A DNA stretch of 64,000 bases, from positions 35,065-99,064 of the IMG/VR virus record IMGVR_UViG_3300028797_000135; one strand, 5' to 3'. This DNA comes from a virus. Its lineage: Duplodnaviria > Caudoviricetes. Shown here piece by piece: positions 9,401-18,622 of the stretch. The first letter of the stretch is position 1; each line of letters begins with the position of its first letter. Below the pieces are notes generated by a model. It searched no databases and was not told where the DNA came from. It was given only the letters and a program-made list of their open reading frames with translations. The translations under genes were made by a program, and so were the position numbers.

Positions 9401-10185
9401 TCGAGGGTAAGCGTATTGTCGTTCTGGACATACTTAACCTTAATCGGGCCAGTTATCTTTGTTCCGTCTTTGTAAATGGCAGACTTGTCAATGACATAGT
9501 ATATGTCGTTTCCGTATTCATCGACACCAACCTTGTATTTAAGGGTCAGCACATCACCTGGGCTGAACATGTCCTTGATTTTGTATCGGGAAGGTATCTT
9601 GATGCTCTGATAGAACATCTGGCAGAAACGGGTCTCGAACGAAGCGTGTTCCGCAACGGACTTTTCACCCTCGTTTTCGAAGAGCACATGGAAATATGCG
9701 AGCAAATCAGACAGGTCTACAGATGACGGGTCGAATCCCTTTTCGCATGATGTTTTGCCATTAGCGTCAAGTACGGGAAGCATATTGAAATCAAGGACGA
9801 GCTGCTTTCCAAATGTATTCGCTTCCGTCGCCGCATTCTTGACATGGCCTGGAATGACCGTGTATATAGGGAAGGTGCATGTTTCCTCATACTCGTTTAC
9901 ACGGACACGAAGGTTCAACTCGTTTACAACTGGGCATTCACATGTCTGGACATTGATAAGGGCACATCTGTTCAATGATAGGTTATATACAATAGGACCA
10001 TCCTCATCGGCTAACACAACATCCAGAGGATTAAAAAGACCATCTTCATCCACAACTTCAAGGCTTGTAACAGCCTTATCCAGAACGAGTATGCGAGAAA
10101 CAAACTGACCTGTATAGTTTCGGCCAAAGATAATAAACGGGGTTTCTATCTTAATTTTATCCTTTATTTCATCGCAAAACGCCAT
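6469..10185 (-). CDS. large virion structural / fibre-like protein
   Basis: About 1238 aa, beta-rich and acidic; two copies of a phage fibre motif (LNGIKLQENDLVWLTSQ..ENGLWIV and LGTVNLRSGMIVNLQNQ..QNGLYRI); preceded by the late box. Confidence 0.6.
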   Translation of the reverse strand: MAFCDEIKDKIKIETPFIIFGRNYTGQFVSRILVLDKAVTSLEVVDEDGLFNPLDVVLADEDGPIVYNLSLNRCALINVQTCECPVVNELNLRVRVNEYEETCTFPIYTVIPGHVKNAATEANTFGKQLVLDFNMLPVLDANGKTSCEKGFDPSSVDLSDLLAYFHVLFENEGEKSVAEHASFETRFCQMFYQSIKIPSRYKIKDMFSPGDVLTLKYKVGVDEYGNDIYYVIDKSAIYKDGTKITGPIKVKYVQNDNTLTLEMPVDKDATDDRKFTTKVIPNGSYHDYVEVGKSMVSGTFDTLSHIYIMSKGNIKGKAKFYVDGVLVGTFGKDVVGNVRVDGVEYKVWKVDFDSTVRLTLESVIGLKSPNGEQFTTLLMDGSVVIGQNIEEIGLLKFPIDQCHNDFIVEGSSTACTELQLYDGVSTANVPVYELDLDNNQIKINLMQGMFPVDERGREVCGKSNIVISGKGCGEDQPAYRVDFPVIRYVYDGSKDDGKYTTGANCIYTSPIELNTDDYQGDSNTPAKSYGKDMYVKLRSPESCCAMRYLSVKVKYNEYLQYKHGELTLNGIKLQENDLVWLTSQFIKESEDGKSVNENGLWIVKKGDWEYYGDVTEDTFIDLGARVTETVSATIDTNVGRRYGNYWLGTVNLRSGMIVNLQNQDDGQNGLYRIMCGEWKYLGEAGPYSGNSVDMSNDIVTYNDIDFCKCGVYHIWYYYLNGSCVLNTATRTVKVVGKCGEKDGTLVPGKRIRITDYQVKTEVDKGLMPGSSGDPLIDECVKNVESFDKQYRFDLEDVVQQGSCIQDAIYPNCNEGAICDHEYAAFSKGEDGKYNSADGTGFSMVFWQATMDDDRVDYWTMYALVARTSKNPKEYVAYRIQQVGAATVEMVDVTDWFELLPVSYDDGENTYFRAVPITGANIAADMITFNLPVNDYVDDVQVGDVLNVSNGNVMEEKMRAKVTRIENGVATADITLHAGFNKDDYYVEIYRHKMVGYGIEISDPSWVFSGSADYPLTYKSTYESKDYYELVVPVSGRLTVGKTYYAYSTKGQIRPIPFTITVDKEDENYITYEACLSHEVPTYDVVTRHVEDGELVETVEKKRYPIRVAVGNALTWRTIDESWTIKSNTTKVKIPMSYDFRFYNTPISVQEFVDLYNATKPQCVYPVDGVLILADDDDDPEKKEYWIKDLGDMDGYPSVILLDSISYGPVVDNEPDPEGSSTKYVAIAADGYLNPGYED

Positions 10186-10213
10186 CGAGCTAAACCACTG
10201 ATTCAATCATCAA

Positions 10214-10222
10214 TAGTTTATA
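10214..10222 (-). promoter_or_regulatory. putative late promoter box TATAAACTA
   Basis: About 29 nt upstream of ATG 10185; its TAA doubles as the stop codon of the upstream gene. Confidence 0.65.
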
Positions 10223-10772
10223 CCCCGTCCAGCTCTGAGAAGGACAGGTCAGGCAGCGAAGTGGCCGACGGTTCGGGCTTCTTTCCGACATCCTCATACG
10301 CCTTATCGCAAGGATATAGCAGAATGTTCTTGTATATCTCCCACAGGAGGTCAGGAACCTCGGTAGTATGAGCTCGGGGAACACCTATCCAGCACCGTCC
10401 ATCTTCAACAAGCCCATAATTAATCCACTGCTTGCACTTCAATTTGGCGAAAAGATTGTCCATCCTGAACTTATACATGGATTTATCGCCCTTGAATGTA
10501 TGCCTTCCTTTACTGTACTCACTTTTGAAGGTCAAGCAAATCTGAACCCTTCCCCTATCCAGCACATTGATTATGATTCCTATGGTGAGGTCATGCAGCT
10601 TTTTCTCGGACTTCACGCTAATGACTTCCATTAAAGCCATGTTCTTCCACTCGTCAACGGACGCATAGCGTTCAAAACCAGATGCGGTGGTCTTCTTATT
10701 CCACCGTTCGAGGTGATACCCGCTGATGTCATTCAGGAGGTCTGGAAAGTTGTATTCTTCGGAAGTTCTCAT
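10218..10772 (-). CDS. hypothetical protein
   Basis: ORF with ATG at 10772, 7 nt after a -10 box. Confidence 0.75.
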   Translation of the reverse strand: MRTSEEYNFPDLLNDISGYHLERWNKKTTASGFERYASVDEWKNMALMEVISVKSEKKLHDLTIGIIINVLDRGRVQICLTFKSEYSKGRHTFKGDKSMYKFRMDNLFAKLKCKQWINYGLVEDGRCWIGVPRAHTTEVPDLLWEIYKNILLYPCDKAYEDVGKKPEPSATSLPDLSFSELDGV

Positions 10773-10779
10773 AAAAGCA

Positions 10780-10808
10780 AATATAATCCATATTTGCGTT
10801 TTTGGCAA
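10780..10808 (-). promoter_or_regulatory. sigma70-type promoter
   Basis: Minus strand reads TTGCCA-N17-TATATT. Confidence 0.65.
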
Positions 10809-10821
10809 GGCTTAACGAATA

Positions 10822-10830
10822 TATAAACTA
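10822..10830 (+). promoter_or_regulatory. putative late promoter box TATAAACTA
   Basis: 26 nt upstream of ATG 10857. Confidence 0.65.
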
Positions 10831-10856
10831 AATGAGAAGTCATAAAAGGATTCTTT

Positions 10857-11339
10857 ATGGGTACACTAAAATCTTCTGAATACGCTTATCGCAGTGCTGG
10901 TGACAACTTCGACACACATCCAGACTATCGCCACGACATGTTCACGATGTGTCAGGAATATGCCAAGAACGTGAGCGACATTTCCAGCGGCAAGGCAAAG
11001 AAGTTCCTTGACCGTGCCTACAACCAGAACTACTGGCATACCGCAGACAGGCTTGCCGCAGAACAGGACAAGTTCCTTGAAGACGACATGGTAAACAACA
11101 CCCCAGGTCGTGGTTACCGCAACTATCGCCGTATGGAATACGACATCCCGAAGGATGCCAGCAACATCGGCAAGTCCGCTCAGAAGGACCGTGAAGCCGC
11201 AGAGGAGCGCAAGATATGGGACAAGGACGAACTGCTTAGGGCACTAAGGCAGAACAGGTTCGCCATCTGCTCTACTGCATCGGCAACATCTGACAAGCCG
11301 ATTACCCAGAAGGACTACAAGGACCAGATTAAGCTTTAG
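10857..11339 (+). CDS. hypothetical protein
   Basis: 160-aa ORF with SD AAGGA and a late box upstream. Confidence 0.8.
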   Translation: MGTLKSSEYAYRSAGDNFDTHPDYRHDMFTMCQEYAKNVSDISSGKAKKFLDRAYNQNYWHTADRLAAEQDKFLEDDMVNNTPGRGYRNYRRMEYDIPKDASNIGKSAQKDREAAEERKIWDKDELLRALRQNRFAICSTASATSDKPITQKDYKDQIKL

Positions 11340-11370
11340 TTGTGGTGAATTGCCTCCTTATAGCCACAAC

Positions 11371-11402
11371 AAAGGAGCCTCCCATTTGGGGAGGCTTTCT
11401 TA
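11371..11402. terminator. bidirectional terminator
   Basis: AAAGGAGCCTCCC-ATTTG-GGGAGGCTTTCTT between convergent genes. Confidence 0.7.
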
Positions 11403-11419
11403 TTTAATTATGTAATTTA

Positions 11420-12067
11420 TTACTTTGCTTTCTTGGCCGAACCAGTCTTCTTGGTTTCCTTTTTCGGTTTTTTCTCATCAAGTTTGAGAACATGCTTGTT
11501 GACAAATTCCTTGGTGAGAATAGGCTTTTCCTTCTCTGCCTTTTTCTTGCCTTTTTTCTTTGCCTTTTCTTCGGCAGCCTGAGCTTCGTATTTCTTGATT
11601 TCAGGGTCTTCAATCTTTTGCCTCGGAGCGTACTTCACCTTCCAAAGGCGCTCATGACAACAAATTTTCATTCCTTCAAGAAGTGCGATGATTGTTCTGT
11701 ACAAGGACGGAACATTGCAGTCAAGCTCCTGTGCAGCATGGCCATCGCCATCGGAGTTGAGCTTCACGGCATCAATCTCGCTCATGACGTTACGGGAACT
11801 TGCAAGCAGGTCGCTAGCGACTTTGCTGAACCCTTCGCCTACGGACTGTTCAACCGCTTCAAGGAAGGCATACACCTTGCCATAGTCTTCCTGTGTCAGC
11901 TTATCGCTGAGTCTGGTCAGGGCACGGCCCAAGATGTCAAAGCTTCCGATTGAATATTCGTTTTCGGGGCCCTTTTTGCCACGACCGAATACTTGGTCGA
12001 GAAATTCCTTCTTTTCGTCGATGTTAACCTTGAGGTCAACTGCATGCAGGGTTAATGTATGTTTCAT
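11420..12067 (-). CDS. hypothetical protein with Lys-rich (histone-like) C-terminus
   Basis: 215-aa ORF; C-terminal AKKKGKKKAEKEK...KKPKKETKK. Confidence 0.8.
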   Translation of the reverse strand: MKHTLTLHAVDLKVNIDEKKEFLDQVFGRGKKGPENEYSIGSFDILGRALTRLSDKLTQEDYGKVYAFLEAVEQSVGEGFSKVASDLLASSRNVMSEIDAVKLNSDGDGHAAQELDCNVPSLYRTIIALLEGMKICCHERLWKVKYAPRQKIEDPEIKKYEAQAAEEKAKKKGKKKAEKEKPILTKEFVNKHVLKLDEKKPKKETKKTGSAKKAK

Positions 12068-12149
12068 TGGGTATACCTATTTGTTAAACTACTGTTAAAA
12101 TACATTTTTCAAAAGGTATTTTTATACCGAAACGTTTTATTTCCACCCT

Positions 12150-12165
12150 GATAAACTATAAACGA
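12150..12165 (+). promoter_or_regulatory. variant late box (GATAAACTA overlapping TATAAACGA)
   Basis: Two 1-mismatch copies upstream of ATG 12182. Confidence 0.5.
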
Positions 12166-12181
12166 AAACCCGTGAGCCAAT

Positions 12182-15100
12182 ATGTTCGATTTCAGCAAGT
12201 ATTACAAAAAGATGTCAGGAAAGACTGACGCCAAAATAGAGCTAAAAGATGTACCAATCAAGTCAGATTCGTCCGCATCCACCGATGACGGCGATACCAC
12301 GCTGAACGAATATGTCACCCGCAACATCGACTACATCATCACGGGCATCGCCCTTGGTGATTACAGCCGTTATTATGGAACGACAAGGTATTTCGACGGA
12401 AGCAACGATGACAAGAAGAGCATGCTTGTCCAAAGTTGTTCTGTTATCGACGAGGACGGAAATGAAAGCGAAGACAGATACGCTTTCAGGGTCGGTTCAT
12501 CTCTCGGTGATGCGGAATACGAAGTTCCCAGACCTGGCGGAACCTTGATATCCTCTGTTCAGGGTTTTGCACACTACGATGATGACGCCAGTGTAGACCA
12601 GAAAGTTCCTCTTGTTATGAGCGTCGTCCCAAAATACACCTTAATTGCAAACCCGCAACCAGTGGCGACAGACGAGGACGTGTATGCACACGCAATGGCC
12701 ATGTTCGGTCTTCTTGGTAGCGGATGTGAAACCCTTAAATGGGCAACATCAGGCAAGTACAAGAAGAAAAATTGCGTACTGTCCTACTCCACGCTAGAAC
12801 GCCGAATGAGCAAGGTCGCACGGGATGTTAGGGAAAACAAGTTCGAGGTAGAGGTATCTACATACTATGACCTCGTAGACCCGAACGCAGCACCTCCTCC
12901 GCAAGGACAGAACCCTGTTGACGTAACGGTTCCAAGCCCAGTCCTCCCGAGAACGATGACTGCATCAACCATAGTCAAGGGAGCTAATACGGCAGCATTC
13001 TGCACACGCATGCAGAACTACGGCTACATGATTGATTGCACTGGCGACAACAAGACCCCGTTCTTGCCATCTCTTCGTGATGCCTTCGAAGCATATTATC
13101 CAAAAGAAGAAGTTGCCGAAGATTTTGAAGACGCATTTGAGGACGTTCTTGAAGGAATCAAGAGTCTATGGGTATTGAAAAAGTCGTTGAAATCATCTAC
13201 ACGAAGCAAGATTAAGGCAGTATCTGCACAAGATTTCCGCAACGCAACCGCAGAAGAAATCAATTTCACAGCACCTGGCGAGACGTTCCTTATTGACATT
13301 GAATCATTGAAATGCAAGTATGAAGGAGACGGATGGAATAGATACGTCAGCATTGTATCACCATATTATGCGAATGGAACATACAAATTCCGAAGGTACT
13401 TGTTTAACCGAGTTGATACTTCGGTTGGAAAATATGTTTATGTTGACATGAGTGTTGATATTGGTAAAACTATTGGTAGCTTAAAAGACGCATACGGTGA
13501 TTCTAACTTTGAACACGCTATGCTATCTTACACCGAATATTCCATGCAAGATTTCTACACGTTGTTGGTTGAAACCTATGACCAATCGGTACAGCCACGC
13601 CCGTCAGGTGTTACTAGGTGCGAATATCTTGCTAACATACTCAACCATGTTATAGTAGGAATGACAACCCCAGTGGAAAACGCCAAATACAGTTCGTTTA
13701 GCGTTCCACCAGTTATGACTGCCGTTGTGGTCAATGGACAGGTTGATGAAGCACAGACAGCAGCTATGATGGAAAGTTGGGTCAACTCTCATGCTGATAT
13801 GAAAGTAAAAGTTGTAGACTGGTATAAAGGAGCCGACCTTGACGAAGATAAAGAGTGGTCTACATCAACTAAACGTTCAGATATGGTCCCATTGTTACAG
13901 CAAGATTCTTCAATCACTGCAACGAATTTGTCCTTGAAGTTAAAAATAGTAGATGATGTCGATGACATTGTAGATAAGTTTGATGCAGCAATCATCGCAA
14001 TGGCATTTTTCCAACCAGCAGCTGCCGCCCTATTGAGGATAAAGTTAAACTCGTTGAAGCGTAGCGTTGATGAGTTCAATCGTGTAGTAAACAGGATAAA
14101 ATACTTCGAGTATTATACCGCAGATTCAGTGTTTGAAAGCAAGGAAAGGATTCTAAGCGACTCCCAGTGCTATCGAGTAGAAAACGGAATTCCCATCACG
14201 GCAAAGTTCCCCGCAAGAATGCTGATTGCAACCCGCCTTTACAAAAAGGTAAAGAAAAGAAAGCGTTTCCTTTGTTTCTGGCGTACGATAACCAAGACAA
14301 AGTTCATCGGTGTCCGCTGGACGGAAATCAGGTTTATCAACGTCGGCCTGTACAGCAAGTACCCCAAAGACATGAGAATACCCGAAAGGATGATTCCATT
14401 CGAGTCAAGCTATACTTATGGTTCAACCGTCATCGTAACCAACGAGATTCCTAGCGACCTCGAAGCAGGCAAGAAGGTTACGCTGAAAGTTTCAGGGTAC
14501 AATGATGAAGTCGCAGGTACGATAACTGATGCACATACCATAACTCTCGACAAGGCAGAAGGCATCCCTAAGACAGGTACGACACAATACTTCAAGGTCG
14601 GTCTCGACGATACGAAGAGTGGTGACGAGACCACCCAAGTGAACATTGAGTACAACCTTCCGTACTTCCCCTACGATGAGGAAATCCGTGGTTACGCATT
14701 TGGCTCTTACGGACCGTTCGACCAGTCGAGATACGCAATCAAGGACCGTAGCGGTAGCTTCGGTTCTGGAAAGGACGGATGGAAAATCTTCTTCGATACC
14801 AGCAAGGAGATTTCAAGCCTTAGAAAGGGTATAAATATATATCCTACCGTAGCACACCTCATCAGAATTCTTCGAGACGAGTTCGGTGAGAACAGGGTAG
14901 AGCTGGTGGAAACGACACGCTCTGTCGATGACCAGAGGGCAAGATGCCTTGGCGGAAGCGAGAGCGCTTTCCTCTCGTGGCATAACTATGGCCTAGCCGC
15001 CAAGATAATGATTTATGGCGACGACAACAAGACTCCTATCAAGGATGGCAGCGATGATATGATGAAGCTCATCGAGATTGCTCGCACTTTCACAGACGAC

Positions 15101-16465
15101 TGTCTCAAAGGCAAGTATGGAGCGAGATTCAATGTTGTCTGGTGCGGTCGCCTGACTGTTGGTGCAGACCTGTTCGACTGGGAGTTCCTCCCAATCGGTG
15201 TCAATCACAAGGATGCCCCGAAGTTCAGGGACAGCTTGATTTCCCAGAGAGACCCGATAGTTGACTTCTCCTATGTTCCCGCAACGAAATATGCAAAGAC
15301 TCCTTCTTCTGAACTATTAAAGGACAAGAACACACCGTGGTTCCCAAAGAATTCGGCTGTATACAATGAAGCAGACAGCTATGGTGGAGTAAAATACGTC
15401 AACCCCAAGTCCATCCGCAACTTCAAGTTCCCGAAGAACCTTCCTCTGATTAACCTGATTGAATACATCAGGATGATTCAGTTGAAGATGGATGCATACG
15501 GAACGAAGATGCCGAACAAGGGCGACATGTACGAATGGATTAACAAGAACAAGACTGCATATCAGCAACTTCTTGTGTATTTCGGAATGATGGGAAACCT
15601 TCAATCCTTCCGTGCATTGCTCGCAGGTGAATACATCACCAGATACAAGCCAGTCGTTTCAAGTTACTATTCTACCGACCCGATTGCATTTGTCAAGAAT
15701 TTCCTTGGAGAAGAATACGAGAAAGTGCAAATCAGGGCACAGGATATGATTGATGCTTCCTACATAACGCTCGCAGACGGCAGGCTGCACATCCCGTGCG
15801 GTGACGGAAGACCAAATCTTCCTCTGTCTGTAGACAACATGTACGACCAGAAGCAAGTCACCAAGGATAACTACGAAAGGGGCCGCTGGGTTGATGGTCT
15901 ATTCGTTCCTGCAACGAAGGAAGATGAATACGTTTCCCAGACTTCTGTAATCGGAGGTTACAACAACTTTGTTGCAGTCGGCGGTGACGCATACATCCTG
16001 CATTCGTTCATAGCAGACCAGATTAAACAGGAGTTCGATGCCATCGTCAAGATGTTCGAAGGATATAACGGTGAACTCATGTTCGACTCGTTCTACAACG
16101 GACCGTATGCAGACAAGTTCGAACAGCTTGAAAACGAATTTGGAATCATCGCAAAACAAGACCTAATCGACTTCGACCAGTTGAAGGGAATGCTTACCGT
16201 CGCCGACCTGAACGAGCAGACCAACGGAACGGCAATCACAACAAAGACTGGCGATGATGGAACCGAGTACAAGGATATCTACGAAAAGGTTATATCAAAT
16301 GCAGAAGTCGCTGGAATGAAGCTCGCTTCACTCAGCTCTGCACACCTCGAAGTGAATCCTCCGAAAGCGGAAACTGTCACGATAGAAGATGTCTACAAGA
16401 TTTTGAACAACGGAAATGCCCCTACGGCAAACGACATTGTCAACTTTAGAAGGAACAGGGATTAA
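12182..16465 (+). CDS. 1427-aa putative virion protein with a degenerate peptidase M15 (L-Ala-D-Glu peptidase-like) domain
   Basis: ETTRSVDDQ...SWHNYGLAAK...VVWCGR...DLFDWEF at about aa 905-1002 follows the M15C motif order. Confidence 0.65.
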   Translation: MFDFSKYYKKMSGKTDAKIELKDVPIKSDSSASTDDGDTTLNEYVTRNIDYIITGIALGDYSRYYGTTRYFDGSNDDKKSMLVQSCSVIDEDGNESEDRYAFRVGSSLGDAEYEVPRPGGTLISSVQGFAHYDDDASVDQKVPLVMSVVPKYTLIANPQPVATDEDVYAHAMAMFGLLGSGCETLKWATSGKYKKKNCVLSYSTLERRMSKVARDVRENKFEVEVSTYYDLVDPNAAPPPQGQNPVDVTVPSPVLPRTMTASTIVKGANTAAFCTRMQNYGYMIDCTGDNKTPFLPSLRDAFEAYYPKEEVAEDFEDAFEDVLEGIKSLWVLKKSLKSSTRSKIKAVSAQDFRNATAEEINFTAPGETFLIDIESLKCKYEGDGWNRYVSIVSPYYANGTYKFRRYLFNRVDTSVGKYVYVDMSVDIGKTIGSLKDAYGDSNFEHAMLSYTEYSMQDFYTLLVETYDQSVQPRPSGVTRCEYLANILNHVIVGMTTPVENAKYSSFSVPPVMTAVVVNGQVDEAQTAAMMESWVNSHADMKVKVVDWYKGADLDEDKEWSTSTKRSDMVPLLQQDSSITATNLSLKLKIVDDVDDIVDKFDAAIIAMAFFQPAAAALLRIKLNSLKRSVDEFNRVVNRIKYFEYYTADSVFESKERILSDSQCYRVENGIPITAKFPARMLIATRLYKKVKKRKRFLCFWRTITKTKFIGVRWTEIRFINVGLYSKYPKDMRIPERMIPFESSYTYGSTVIVTNEIPSDLEAGKKVTLKVSGYNDEVAGTITDAHTITLDKAEGIPKTGTTQYFKVGLDDTKSGDETTQVNIEYNLPYFPYDEEIRGYAFGSYGPFDQSRYAIKDRSGSFGSGKDGWKIFFDTSKEISSLRKGINIYPTVAHLIRILRDEFGENRVELVETTRSVDDQRARCLGGSESAFLSWHNYGLAAKIMIYGDDNKTPIKDGSDDMMKLIEIARTFTDDCLKGKYGARFNVVWCGRLTVGADLFDWEFLPIGVNHKDAPKFRDSLISQRDPIVDFSYVPATKYAKTPSSELLKDKNTPWFPKNSAVYNEADSYGGVKYVNPKSIRNFKFPKNLPLINLIEYIRMIQLKMDAYGTKMPNKGDMYEWINKNKTAYQQLLVYFGMMGNLQSFRALLAGEYITRYKPVVSSYYSTDPIAFVKNFLGEEYEKVQIRAQDMIDASYITLADGRLHIPCGDGRPNLPLSVDNMYDQKQVTKDNYERGRWVDGLFVPATKEDEYVSQTSVIGGYNNFVAVGGDAYILHSFIADQIKQEFDAIVKMFEGYNGELMFDSFYNGPYADKFEQLENEFGIIAKQDLIDFDQLKGMLTVADLNEQTNGTAITTKTGDDGTEYKDIYEKVISNAEVAGMKLASLSSAHLEVNPPKAETVTIEDVYKILNNGNAPTANDIVNFRRNRD

Positions 16466-17562
16466 GCCAATGCGTTGAAGTTGCCAGCGTTTTCCTTGGC
16501 CTTTCTACGTTCTTCCTTTTCGATAGCACGCATCTTCGCATTGACTTCCTGACGGTGCTTCACGTTAGCTTGGTGGATGCTACGTCTTACCTTACGGTTG
16601 TATTCAAGTTTTTTGGGCGTTACGTGACCGTTCTCAACGAAGTCCTCAGGGTTCATACCAAGGACTTCACCCACCATGATTTCTTCGTCAGACATTGTAC
16701 ATAGTGCGTTCTTTCTGGCGGTAGCGTTCACACGGGCCTCGTCCACTCGCTTCTTGATGTTGTCGAAGATTCCATACATCACATTGAAGTTCTTTTGCAA
16801 ATACTGCACGAGCTTGGCACCATTCATCGGAGTCGTAGAAATAAGGCCTTCTGGGACAACCCTTCGGTCCATCCACAGCTTCTTCTTAACCTCGCACGGA
16901 ACTATGACGAAAAGGCCATCTGCGGTTATTTTCACCAATGTGATATGCTCTGGGTTTGCCGCCCAGCAAATGCTTCTCTCCTCCATGTGACCGTTAGAGT
17001 CATACTTGATACTAACCGTCTCGTCGCAAGTGAAGATAACACCCCAGTAATAACCCTGTGTGTCCCTTGGTCTGACCGAAGCCAACTTCCTAGCGTAGAC
17101 GTAACCGTTACGACGACCACCGACTTCCTCTGGCTTGGAGTTTGTCTCGATTTTCATAAATGAGTTCAAGTTAGGATTGCCATGATACACCTGTGTCTCG
17201 ACAATGTTCCTAGCCTTCACCTCGGACTTCATCATATCTATGTACCAGATATTTGGCGGTTCTTCATGATAACCCGTCGTATGGTAGAAGATGTTTAGTG
17301 TACCGTTTACGAAATCTATCCATTTCTGGTCACTCGATGTCTGGAAGTCAAACTTTTTGAACCAGTCCTCATATTCTTTCTGCACAGCGGTTGGCAGGGA
17401 TTCTACTGTAACGAAACCCTGTAACTTATCGGGAGAACGGTTATATTGAGGTGCAACATTCTTTATCCAATAGTCAAGAATGATATCCTTATGGTCCTTC
17501 CAGTTGATACCATCGTTCAAATAGTTGAATAAGCGGATGCCAGCAAGTTTCTTCGATTTCAT
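16462..17562 (-). CDS. hypothetical protein (weak ADP-ribosyltransferase-like VYHG...GYVY motif)
   Basis: ATG at 17562 with SD AAGG; late box upstream; the family call is weak. Confidence 0.7.
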   Translation of the reverse strand: MKSKKLAGIRLFNYLNDGINWKDHKDIILDYWIKNVAPQYNRSPDKLQGFVTVESLPTAVQKEYEDWFKKFDFQTSSDQKWIDFVNGTLNIFYHTTGYHEEPPNIWYIDMMKSEVKARNIVETQVYHGNPNLNSFMKIETNSKPEEVGGRRNGYVYARKLASVRPRDTQGYYWGVIFTCDETVSIKYDSNGHMEERSICWAANPEHITLVKITADGLFVIVPCEVKKKLWMDRRVVPEGLISTTPMNGAKLVQYLQKNFNVMYGIFDNIKKRVDEARVNATARKNALCTMSDEEIMVGEVLGMNPEDFVENGHVTPKKLEYNRKVRRSIHQANVKHRQEVNAKMRAIEKEERRKAKENAGNFNALA

Positions 17563-17583
17563 AGATAAACCTTCTTTCACTAA

Positions 17584-17622
17584 TAGTTTATACTTCCGCC
17601 CAATCGTGAACTGTATAAACTA
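17584..17622. promoter_or_regulatory. divergent pair of late boxes (17584-17592 minus; 17614-17622 plus)
   Basis: TAGTTTATA and TATAAACTA, 21 and 26 nt from the flanking ATGs. Confidence 0.7.
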
Positions 17623-17648
17623 TATGTGAATTCAATAGGAATACAACA

Positions 17649-18602
17649 ATGTACAGCAACGACGAACTTTCCATTTTTGAATCACAGGCTCAGTTCGAGG
17701 AGTTGAACCAGCAGTGCAAGGCCATTGCCAATCTCCCCCCAGAAGAGGAAGAAAACACCCCTGAGGATGAAGATACGATGGCACTCATCGTACAGGCAAG
17801 CCCGTACGACGACGCAACCGAACCCCTCTACAAGGCATACGGCATTTCGGGCAAGGAAATCAACGCCAAGAAAGGCCCTCTGTTTAGTTCGACTGACGAC
17901 GGGAAGCTTTCAAAGGAAGAAAAGCTTGCCATCTGTGAAGCTGGTCTTGGTCTAAACACCATGAACACAATCCATGCAATGAAGAACATCAACGCCCTTG
18001 AATCCCTTGGTTTCGAGGCTCCGTACAATGTAGGCGATACAGTTCAGTTGAAAAACAAGGACATCCCTCACATCTTCATCATCGTTTCTAATGACGGTGA
18101 CGGTTACGAGCTGGCAAAGCCGACGAACAACCGTGCTGAAATGCGTACCTGCGGCGATGGATGCTGGCCGAGAATGCACTGTTCTGGTGATGAAATTGAC
18201 CAAAGAACAATGTTCGACCTCACGGGTATCGACCATATCCTGAGGCAGAACGAGAAACTCGACAGCGAAATGCGTGAAAAGCTCTGCCCGACACTGGTCC
18301 CAGAATATGACACTGGTCGTCTAGGAATGCACCAGCTCCACGAAGCACAGATATCTCGTGTTGACAGCCGTGGACAAAAGCTTGCAAAGCAGAACCGCAA
18401 CGCCATCATGCACCAAGACATGAAGACCCTGCACGACAACCAGATAATGGATGACCAAGGTCACCTGAAACCGAACAACAAGGAACTGTTCAAGGGTATC
18501 GCCCAACGAATGGACGAAATCTTCGGTACTGGCTACAAGGACAAGTACGTGTATGACGGCGGTCCAGAAGTGCAGTGGTCCGACGAACCAATCAAGGCGT
18601 AA
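17649..18602 (+). CDS. hypothetical acidic protein
   Basis: 317-aa ORF with SD AGGA and late box. Confidence 0.8.
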   Translation: MYSNDELSIFESQAQFEELNQQCKAIANLPPEEEENTPEDEDTMALIVQASPYDDATEPLYKAYGISGKEINAKKGPLFSSTDDGKLSKEEKLAICEAGLGLNTMNTIHAMKNINALESLGFEAPYNVGDTVQLKNKDIPHIFIIVSNDGDGYELAKPTNNRAEMRTCGDGCWPRMHCSGDEIDQRTMFDLTGIDHILRQNEKLDSEMREKLCPTLVPEYDTGRLGMHQLHEAQISRVDSRGQKLAKQNRNAIMHQDMKTLHDNQIMDDQGHLKPNNKELFKGIAQRMDEIFGTGYKDKYVYDGGPEVQWSDEPIKA

Positions 18603-18622
18603 GCTTATTCAAAGGAGAGAGC

